This document shows, piece after piece, positions 12,728 to 23,510 of a stretch of 64,000 nucleotides of DNA (position 1 is the stretch's first letter; every line of letters begins with the position of its first letter). The stretch is taken from assembly GCA_040954595.2 (NCBI GenBank), contig CM082594.2:5751319-5815318 (forward strand). Direction: 5' to 3'. The notes beneath the pieces were generated by a model that saw only the letters and a program-made list of their open reading frames with translations, was not told the DNA's origin and ran no database searches. The translations under genes and the position numbers were made by a program. Origin of the DNA: Balanoglossus misakiensis. Taxonomy: Eukaryota > Animalia > Hemichordata.

Positions 12728-15700
12728 TCAAAGGGGCGTTGTCAAGATGGGCGGAGGCTCACTTTGAAATCCCCCGCGCAGCTGAAAGTTTTCGCCCACG
12801 CCCTGCGACGGCTTCGAGTAGGAAAAGTTTTCTAAACCGGCAAGTTCGAGGTCTTCCGGGGAATCCTCGGACGGATCCGGCGGTTGGGCACCAGCGCTGC
12901 CGCCGCCTAACCCGAGCTCTTCGTCGAACAGACTGTCGATAACATCGGCTTTGGGTGGCCGATTGTCCAGCGTCATTTCCAAGCGCACTTTGGTGTCCGT
13001 GTCGGAGTCGGTGGTGTACGATTCGTTGTCGTCGCCGAAGTCCACCATGTCCTCTTCGTCTGTCTCCTCTTCCTCGTCGTCGTTTTTGTCAAAGCTGCCG
13101 ATGTTGTAACTGGCCGGTCTGGTGCTGGCGGCCCCGTCGGTCGTCAACTCTTCTTCCAGCCGCATGTCCGTGTCTGAGTCGGTCGTGTGAGACGTCTTGT
13201 CGGCGTTCTCAAAATCTCCTTGCGCTGTAGACACCTCTTTGCCACGGCTACCGAAGTGTTGACTTGTCGGTCTGTGCACGCCGACCGCCTCTGTCGCGAT
13301 TTCTTCCTCCAGCGTCAAATCCGTCACCGAGTCGGTCGTATGCGATGCCTTATCATCCCCGACATCGTCTGTCTCCGTGATCTCCTCGTTGTCATGGCTA
13401 CCGAAGTGTTGACTTGTCGGTCTGTGCACACCGACCCCCTCCGTCGCAATTTCTTCCTCCAGCGCCAAATCCGTCACCGAGTCGGTTGTATGTGATGCTC
13501 TATCATCCCCGATAGCGTCTGTCTCCGTGATCTCCTCGTTGACTCCGCCTGCCAGACCTGTCGCTATTTCTTGCTCAAGGGTCATATCGGTGTCCGAGTC
13601 GGTCGTTCGTGACACCCCGTCGTCGTTCTGTCCACTCACTCCAAAAGCAGCAACCTCGTTCTCAGCGACAGCCGTACTTGCTCTTAGATCTCGGACATTT
13701 TCTTCTTTCATGATGTCATGATGCAACGCGTGGTTGTCAGGCGGGTCCGACACGACGTCACTGGGAGAATTGAGAAAGATAGTACAGTCGCAAAAGTTGC
13801 TCATAAAATTTCATAAAAGGTCGCTGTTGCCTGCAAATGTGACAAAACGACGATAACTTCTAACATTTCAAAATAAAACATTTTTTATGTCATAAGAATT
13901 ATTTCAATAAGAGTGTAATATTATTTTAGACCATGCACAATAAACCTACCGATTGCCCGCGTTATCGGGTTCATGGTTATCGTGGTTTATCTGAACGAAG
14001 GTTGTCAGGTGGGTGTCTTCTTCTTCTTCGTCCCAGTGTACTGGCCCTTCCCGCTCTATTCTGACATCCGTGTCGGAATCCGTGGTGTGGGACTTATTGT
14101 CCCAGGCTATAGGGGGCACTGTCTCGATCTCGGGTGTCGTGTCCTCTCGGTCGCGTTCAAATTCCCGAGGAAGCGGAGTGACGTAATCGTTGCTCTCGAT
14201 ACTTCTGTTGTCAACCAGGTGTGAGAGTGACGGATCCATCCTGTGTGGAAGAAATAATGAAACTTAAAAAAAAAAACTCATTTTTTCCATATATAAAATC
14301 CACTATAATGCGAAGATTGGTCGTTTTCTTTTCACTGATTGCGAAGTACATGTAATGCAAAATATATTTCTTGCGTTACACTAGCCAGAACCTAGTCGAC
14401 CTGTTTCCCCACTGCTAGTACTCATGAACAGACATTTGTAGGTGTAGTGTCATCACCTTTTGACATCCAACCCCGATAAACTAGGGTGTCGCGAACAGAC
14501 TTTGAAAGGAATAGGATAAAATACATTGGAGAGGTAATGGTATGTATGTATCATACATACCTCCGTTTCGCTGATCTCCTCGCTAAGGCAGATAATATCA
14601 GCTTGACCATGAGCCCCAACAGGCAAACGCCGGCAATGCATCCTGCAATGATCCCAGCAATTGCCATGGCTGACGAAACAAAACAAAACAAAACAAAGCC
14701 AAGAAAGAAAAATAATTAAACAATCAGAAATACGTATTTAATCAAACTGACAAGCTTCTTTGTAAAGCTGTTACACATTTGCTGAAATATGTCGAAAACA
14801 TATACTACTGGTAAATCATTTTACGTAATGTTGACAAGTGACATTTAATTCAACAAAATAACTAAGGAAACCATGTAAAAACACCCGATGTGATCACCAG
14901 CAAACAATTCATCCACGTCCTGTGCGTGTATTAATGCGCATATATTGAGTAAAGACACATAGAGACGATAACATAGAGTCAACGCCCTAAAATTTCCCTT
15001 TCTGTTGATAACTACTTAACGGGAGAATTTGATATTTCCTTATGCTATTTCCGGGTTCAAATGTCAACCGTTGTCTTCGTCGTGACGTGGGATAGGTGGG
15101 GAGTAAATAGCTCAAGCCGACCCGGATTGTCTTTCAAAAGATGTGTATTCGAAACCACTCAAGTGTGTAAGCTTGAAAAGGCGCCGAGGCACGCACACAG
15201 CATATTTTCGAACTCTGAAATATAAACAAGCTTAACTGCCCGCCGACGGTTCTCTTATCTAAATTCATGATTTCACAGTCGAAGAAAAAGTCAAGATTTA
15301 TTTTTGCGCAAGTTTCTGAATTTTCAGGGGCGGGCGCTTAACGTACGCTTTTGGCTTCGAACTTGTCACTTGACAACGGCAATAGCACGCGGAAGTAAAG
15401 TACTGTGATAATGTCTGTCTGGGGGGGGGGGGGGGGCAGTAATCCTATTTTTGGTTCTTTGGAACACCCGGAAGTATAAAAAAGTTTCCCAGGTGTTCAA
15501 ATTCAAACTGAAAAGTAGTTCATTTTCAGCGTCAAGTTTGTGAAAAATTCTTGGCAAGGTCATTGAGAGCGGACCTTTCGAATTGATAGATCTACGGGGT
15601 GTTGTGTATCACAGGTGCGACGGAATCGGAGATTAGGTATCGAGAATTGGATACCTCCAAAAACTTTCCCTTTTACGAGGTCAACATTCTTACTTCCGCG

Positions 15701-15815
15701 AGAGCGTGTACACAGCTTCAGTGGTTGGGTGCAAAGGTGCGAATCCATTGCGTCTATGCAAACTGACATTTTCCCGCTTTCCAAACTCACCTGAGAGAGT
15801 GACAGCCATGTTCAT
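12728..15815 (-). CDS. Uncharacterised single-pass (type III-like) membrane protein with an acidic repeat cytoplasmic tail, ~485 aa. Exons 15791-15815, 14561-14669, 13950-14240, 12728-13760
   Basis: All junctions are GT-AG and in frame: MNMAVTLS|AMAIAGIIAGCIAGVCLLGLMVKLILSALARRSAKR|RMDPSL...NR|DVVSDPP...TTPL*. A hydrophobic segment is followed by basic residues. Confidence 0.75.
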
Positions 15816-15817
15816 CT

Positions 15818-15831
15818 GTTGTCATGGAAAC
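15818..15831. promoter_or_regulatory. RFX X-box-like site
   Basis: GTTGTCATGGAAAC immediately upstream of the predicted ATG. Confidence 0.5.
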
Positions 15832-16254
15832 CTTCAACGCTTTTTTCGGTGGTCAGCTTTCACGCCGTATCGACCAGACGCAAGCGCGGAGTCCACGCAG
15901 GCTCCCTTTCACTAGCTATGCAAATAACCCGCAAAAGGTATGGGGGATCGAGTCGATGAAGAGTCGGGTCAAAGGTCACGCAAGTCTTCAGCCCGGACAA
16001 AAGCTGCCGGACTATGTCACGATTCACCGTTGTATTTCTTTGGAATGGCGTCTTTAATTGGAGTCAGCATTCCTCAAATTACTTTCAGTGCATTCTTCTA
16101 GCTAACATTTAGCCTAGTTTATACTTAGTACCTTCCCTGTCACAGCGATATAACTGGTTGATCGGAGATCGGAGAAATCACGCTCAGTGACTGGTGACTG
16201 ACCAAGTTGCAAGACGTGTAGCGCCCTCAGTAGAAGATACACTTTTTCCCACAG

Positions 16255-19200
16255 GAATAAGAGTTCCCTGCACCGCAACGATCTGATCGTTCTTTATTCA
16301 CTCATCGGCGACAAAATCGTTTTATTACGGCCTAAATAACGACTTTTTCGCTCCTTGGTTGGTCATGCGGACGGAAAGACACGGTTTTAGCGAGTTTATC
16401 TTTCTCTCTGCTGAGCACTCCGTATTCAGACTTGCCCAAGTGAACCGCGACAAAATAATGACCAAGTTTCCCTGCATGTTTCTTACACACGACAGATAAA
16501 AACGCAGCGTAGATATTGAAATGAATTGGATTTATGAAAATGATAAAAATTACAATGATAATGTCGTTAAAAGTTTTCACCAAAAAAAAAAGAAATAGAA
16601 AAAGGTAGTCTCGAACCAACATCAGTTGACACCTTCAGGTAAAAGGGTAGCCTTCCTGAACCCTTCGCCATCGCGATGTGTGCTCGAAAAAGTCGGCAAT
16701 TTTCCGCACTATATTGCAGCATAACTCCAAGGATCTTATTTGCACCGCAGCGGTGCAAATTCTTATTTGCACCGCAGCGGTGCAAATAAGAGTTCCCTGC
16801 ACCGCAACGATCTGATCGTTCTTTATTCACTCATCGGCGACAAAAACGTTTTATTACGGCCTAAATAACGACTTTTTCGCTCCTTGGTTGGTCATGCGGA
16901 CGGAAAGACACGGTTTTAGCGAGTTTATCTTTCTCTCTGCTGAGCACTCCGTATTCAGACTTGCCCAAGTGAACTGCGACAAAAAAAATGACCAAGTTTC
17001 CCTGCATGTTTCTTATACCCGACAGATAAAAAACGCAGCGTAGATATTGAAATGAATTGGATTTATGAAAATGATAAAAATTACAATGATAATGTCGTTA
17101 AAAGTTTTCACCAAAAAAAAAAAGAAATAGAAAAAGGTAGTCTCGAACCAACATCAGTTGACACCTTCAGGTAAAAGGGTAGCCTTCCTGAACCCTTCGC
17201 CATCGCGATGTGTGCTCGAAAACGTCGGAAATTTTCCGCACTATATTGCAGCATAACTCAAATGATCTTATTTGCACCGCAGCGGTGCAAATTCTTATTT
17301 GCACCGCAGCGGTGCAAATAAGAGTTCCCTGCACCGCAACGATCTGATCGTTCTTTATTCACTCCTCGGCGACAAAAACGTTTTATTACGGCCTAAATAA
17401 CGACTTTTTCGCTCCTTGGTTGGTCATGCGGACGGAAAGACACGGTTTTAGCGAGTTTATCTTTCTCTCTGCTGAGCACTCCGTATTCAGACTTGCCCAA
17501 GTGAACCGCGACAAAAAAATAACCAAGTTTCCCTGCATGTTTCTTATACCCGACAGATAAAAAACACAGCGTAGATATTGAAATGAATTGGATTTATGAA
17601 AATGATAAAAATTACAATGATAATGTCGTTAAAAGTTTTCACCAAAAAAAAAGAAATAGAAAAAAGTGGTCTCGAACCAACATCAGTTGACACCTTCATG
17701 TAAAAAGTAGCCTTCCTGAACCCTTCGCCATCGCGATGTGTACTCGAAAAAGTCGGAAATTTTCCGCACTATATTGCAGCATAACTCCAATGATCTTATT
17801 TGCACCGCAGCGGTGCAAATTCTTATTTGCACCGCAGCGGTGCAAATAAGAGTTCCCTGCACCGCAACGATCTGATCGTTCTTTATTCACTCCTCGGCGA
17901 CAAAAACGGTTTATTACGGCCTAAATAACGACTTTTTCGCTCCTTGGTTGGTCATGCGGACGGAAAGACACGGTTTTAGCGAGTTTATCTTTCTCTCTGC
18001 TGAGCACTCCGTATTCAGACTTGCCCAAGTGAACCGCGACAAAAAAAAATGACCAAGTTTCCCTGCATGTTTCTTACACACGACAGGTAAAAAACGCAGC
18101 GTAGATATTGAAATGAATTGGATTTATGAAAATGATAAAAATTACAATGATAATGTCGTTAAAAGTTTTCACCAAAAAAAAAAAGAAATAGAAAAAGGTA
18201 GTCTCGAACCAACATCAGTTGACACCTTCAGGTAAAAGGGTAGCCTTCCTGAACCCTTCGCCATCGCGATGTGTGCTCGAAAAAGTCGGAAATTTTCCGC
18301 ACTATATTGCAGCATAACTCCAATGAGCTTATTTGCACCGCAGCGGTGCAAATAAGAGTTCCCTGCACCGCAACGATCTGATCGTTCTTTATTCACTCCT
18401 CGGCGACAAAATCGTTTTATTACGGCCTAAATAACGACTTTTTCGCTCCTTGGTTGGTCATGCGGACGGAAAGACACGGTTTTAGCGAGTTTATCTTTCT
18501 CTCTGCTGAGCACTCCGTATTCAGACTTGCCCAAGTGAACCGCGACAAAAAAATAACCAAGTTTCCCTGCATGTTTCTTATACCCGACAGATAAAAAACA
18601 CAGCGTAGATATTGAAATGAATTGGATTTATGAAAATGATAAAAATTACAATGATAATGTCGTTAAAAGTTTTCACCAAAAAAAAAGAAATAGAAAAAAG
18701 TGGTCTCGAACCAACATCAGTTGACACCTTCATGTAAAAAGTAGCCTTCCTGAACCCTTCGCCATCGCGATGTGTACTCGAAAAAGTCGGAAATTTTCCG
18801 CACTATATTGCAGCATAACTCCAATGATCTTATTTGCACCGCAGCGGTGCAAATTCTTATTTGCACCGCAGCGGTGCAAATAAGAGTTCCCTGCACCGCA
18901 ACGATCTGATCGTTCTTTATTCACTCCTCGGCGACAAAAACGGTTTATTACGGCCTAAATAACGACTTTTTCGCTCCTTGGTTGGTCATGCGGACGGAAA
19001 GACACGGTTTTAGCGAGTTTATCTTTCTCTCTGCTGAGCACTCCGTATTCAGACTTGCCCAAGTGAACCGCGACAAAAAAAAATGACCAAGTTTCCCTGC
19101 ATGTTTCTTACACACGACAGATAAAAAACGCAGCGTAGATATTGAAATGAATTGGATTTATGAAAATGATAAAAATTACAATGATAATGTCGTTAAAAGT

Positions 19201-22200
19201 TTTCACCAAAAAAAAAAAGAAATAGAAAAAGGTAGTCTCGAACCAACATCAGTTGACACCTTCAGGTAAAAGGGTAGCCTTCCTGAACCCTTCGCCATCG
19301 CGATGTGTGCTCGAAAAAGTCGGAAATTTTCCGCACTATATTGCAGCATAACTCCAATGAGCTTATTTGCACCGCAGCGGTGCAAATAAGAGTTCCCTGC
19401 ACCGCAACGATCTGATCGTTCTTTATTCACTCCTCGGCGACAAAAACGGTTTATTACGGCCTAAATAACGACTTTTTCGCTCCTTGGTTGGTCATGCGGA
19501 CGGAAAGACACGGTTTTAGCGAGTTTATCTTTCTCTCTGCTGAGCACTCCGTATTCAGACTTGCCCAAGTGAACCGCGACAAAAAAAATGACCAAGTTTC
19601 CCTGCATGTTTCTTACACACGACAGGTAAAAAACGCAGCGTAGATATTGAAATGAATTGGATTTATGAAAATGATAAAATTACAATGATAATGTCGCTAA
19701 AAGTTTTCACCAAAAAAAAAGAAATAGAAAAAGGTAGTCTCGAACCAACATCAGTTGACAACTTCAGGTAAAAGGGTAGCCTTCCTGAACCCTTCGCCAT
19801 CGCGATGTGTGCTCGAAAAAGTCGGAAATTTTCCGCACTATATTGCAGCATAACTCCAATGATCTTATTTGCACCGCAGCGGTGCAAATTCTTATTTGCA
19901 CCGCAGCGGTGCAAATAATAGTTCCCTGCACCGCAACGATCTGATCGTTCTTTATTCACTCCTCGGCGACAAAAACGGTTTATTACGGCCTAAATAACGA
20001 CTTTTTCGCTCCTTGGTTGGTCATGCGGACGGAAAGACACGGTTTTAGCGAGTTTATCTTTCTCTCTGCTGAGCACTCCGTCTTCAGACTTGCCCAAGTG
20101 AACCGCGACAAAAAAAATGACCAAGTTTCCCTGCATGTTTCTTACACACGACAGGTAAAAAACGCAGCGTAGATATTGAAATGAATTGGATTTATGAAAA
20201 TGATAAAAATTACAATGATAATGTCGTTAAAAGTTTTCACCAAAAAAAAAAGAAATAGAAAAAGGTAGTCTCGAACCAACATCAGTTGACACCTTCAGGT
20301 AAAAGGGTAGCCTTCCTGAACCCTTCGCCATCGCGATGTGTGCTCGAAAAAGTCGGAAATTTTCCGCACTATATTGCAGCATAACTCCAATGAGCTTATT
20401 TGCACCGCAGCGGTGCAAATTCTTATTTGCACCGCAGCGGTGCAAATAATAGTTCCCTGCACCGCAACGATCTGATCGTTCTTTATTCACTCCTCGGCGA
20501 CAAAAACGGTTTATTACGGCCTAAATAACGACTTTTTCGCTCCTTGGTTGGTCATGCGGACGGAAAGACACGGTTTTAGCGAGTTTATCTTTCTCTCTGC
20601 TGAGCACTCCGTATTCAGACTTGCCCAAGTGAACCGCGACAAAAAAATGACCAAGTTTCCCTGCATGTTTCTTACACACGACAGGTAAAAAACGCAGCGT
20701 AGATATTGAAATGAATTGGATTTATGAAAATGATAAAAATTACAATGATAATGTCGCTAAAAGTTTTCACCAAAAAAAAAGAAATAGAAAAAGGTAGTCT
20801 CGAACCAACATCAGTTGACAACTTCAGGTAAAAGGGTAGCCTTCCTGAACCCTTCGCCATCGCGATGTGTGCTCGAAAAAGTCGGAAATTTTCCGCACTA
20901 TATTGCAGCATAACTCCAATGATCTTATTTGCACCGCAGCGGTGCAAATTCTTATTTGCACCGCAGCGGTGCAAATAATAGTTCCCTGCACCGCAACGAT
21001 CTGATCGTTCTTTATTCACTCCTCGGCGACAAAAACGGTTTATTACGGCCTAAATAACGACTTTTTCGCTCCTTGGTTGGTCATGCGGACGGAAAGACAC
21101 GGTTTTAGCGAGTTTATCTTTCTCTCTGCTGAGCACTCCGTATTCAGACTTGCCCAAGTGAACCGCGACAAAAAAAATGACCAAGTTTCCCTGCATGTTT
21201 CTTATACCCGACAGATAAAAAACACAGCGTAGATATTGAAATGAATTGGATTTATGAAAATGATAAAATTACAATGATAATGTCGCTAAAAGTTTTCACC
21301 AAAAAAAAAGAAATAGAAAAAGGTAGTCTCGAACCAACATCAGTTGACAACTTCAGGTAAAAGGGTAGCCTTCCTGAACCCTTCGCCATCGCGATGTGTG
21401 CTCGAAAAAGTCGGAAATTTTCCGCACTATATTGCAGCATAACTCCAATGATCTTATTTGCACCGCAGCGGTGCAAATTCTTATTTGCACCGCAGCGGTG
21501 CAAATAATAGTTCCCTGCACCGCAACGATCTGATCGTTCTTTATTCACTCCTCGGCGACAAAAACGGTTTATTACGGCCTAAATAACGACTTTTTCGCTC
21601 CTTGGTTGGTCATGCGGACGGAAAGACACGGTTTTAGCGAGTTTATCTTTCTCTCTGCTGAGCACTCCGTCTTCAGACTTGCCCAAGTGAACCGCGACAA
21701 AAAAAATGACCAAGTTTCCCTGCATGTTTCTTACACACGACAGGTAAAAAACGCAGCGTAGATATTGAAATGAATTGGATTTATGAAAATGATAAAAATT
21801 ACAATGATAATGTCGTTAAAAGTTTTCACCAAAAAAAAAAGAAATAGAAAAAGGTAGTCTCGAACCAACATCAGTTGACACCTTCAGGTAAAAGGGTAGC
21901 CTTCCTGAACCCTTCGCCATCGCGATGTGTGCTCGAAAAAGTCGGAAATTTTCCGCACTATATTGCAGCATAACTCCAATGAGCTTATTTGCACCGCAGC
22001 GGTGCAAATTCTTATTTGCACCGCAGCGGTGCAAATAAGAGTTCCCTGCACCGCAACGATCTGATCGTTCTTTATTCACTCCTCGGCGACAAAAACGGTT
22101 TATTACGGCCTAAATAACGACTTTTTCGCTCCTTGGTTGGTCATGCGGACGGAAAGACACGGTTTTAGCGAGTTTATCTTTCTCTCTGCTGAGCACTCCG

Positions 22201-23510
22201 TATTCAGACTTGCCCAAGTGAACCGCGACAAAAAAATGACCAAGTTTCCCTGCATGTTTCTTACACACGACAGGTAAAAAACGCAGCGTAGATATTGAAA
22301 TGAATTGGATTTATGAAAATGATAAAAATTACAATGATAATGTCGCTAAAAGTTTTCACCAAAAAAAAAGAAATAGAAAAAGGTAGTCTCGAACCAACAT
22401 CAGTTGACAACTTCAGGTAAAAGGGTAGCCTTCCTGAACCCTTCGCCATCGCGATGTGTGCTCGAAAAAGTCGGAAATTTTCCGCACTATATTGCAGCAT
22501 AACTCCAATGATCTTATTTGCACCGCAGCGGTGCAAATTCTTATTTGCACCGCAGCGGTGCAAATAATAGTTCCCTGCACCGCAACGATCTGATCGTTCT
22601 TTATTCACTCCTCGGCGACAAAAACGGTTTATTACGGCCTAAATAACGACTTTTTCGCTCCTTGGTTGGTCATGCGGACGGAAAGACACGGTTTTAGCGA
22701 GTTTATCTTTCTCTCTGCTGAGCACTCCGTATTCAGACTTGCCCAAGTGAACCGCGACAAAAAAAATGACCAAGTTTCCCTGCATGTTTCTTATACCCGA
22801 CAGATAAAAAACACAGCGTAGATATTGAAATGAATTGGATTTATGAAAATGATAAAAATTACAATGATAATGTCGTTAAAAGTTTGCACCAAAAAAAAAA
22901 GAAATAGAAAAAGGTAGTCTCGAACCAACATCAGTTGACACCTTCAGGTAAAAGGGTAGCCTTCCTGAACCCTTCGCCATCGCGATGTGTGCTCGAAAAA
23001 GTCGGAAATGTTCCGGACTATATTGCAGCATAACTCCAATGATCTTATTTGCACCGCAGCGGTGCAAATTCTTATTTGCACCGCAGCGGTGCAAATAAGA
23101 GTTCCCTGCACCGCAACGATCTGATCGTTCTTTATTCACTCCTCGGCGACAAAATCGTTTTATTACGGCCTAAATAACGACTTTTTCGCTCCTTGGTTGG
23201 TCATGCGGACGGAAAGACACGGTTTTAGCGAGTTTATCTTCCTCTCTGCTGAGCACTCCGTATTCAGACTTGCCCAAGTGAACCGCGACAAAAAAAATGA
23301 CCAAGTTTCCCTGCATGTTTCTTATACCCGACAGATAAAAAACGCAGCGTAGATATTCAAATGAATTGGATTTATGAAAATGATAAAAATTACAATGATA
23401 ATGTCGTTAAAAGTTCTCACAAAAAAAAAAGAAATAGAAAAAAAGTGGTCTCGAACCAACATCAGTTCACACCTTCAGGTAAAAGACTAGCCTTCATGAA
23501 CCCTTCGCCA
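16255..23510 (-). repeat. Tandem array of ~530-bp units (~13.7 copies), probably a concatemer of a non-autonomous Helentron-like element
   Basis: The marker g/tagttccctgcaccgcaacgatctgatcg occurs 14 times with periods of 506-531 bp. Each unit has 1-2 copies of the palindrome atttgcaccgc-a-gcggtgcaaat. Confidence 0.95.

Noticed and set aside
13761-13804. MSNFCDC... as the start of the 358-aa ORF
   Set aside because: Lies in the intron polypyrimidine tract; the acceptor at 13761 joins the upstream exon in frame.
16610-16630. Hammerhead ribozyme in the satellite unit (CTGATG on the minus strand)
   Set aside because: The core reads CUGAUGU, not CUGANGA, and no GAAA is correctly placed.
16567-23139. 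Repeated MNKERSDRCGAG... ORFs
   Set aside because: GTG starts and lengths that vary with poly-A slippage; a by-product of the repeat.
16255-23510. CRISPR-like array of palindromic 27-bp repeats
   Set aside because: The intervening sequences are near-identical ~480-bp repeats rather than unique spacers; eukaryotic context; no cas genes.
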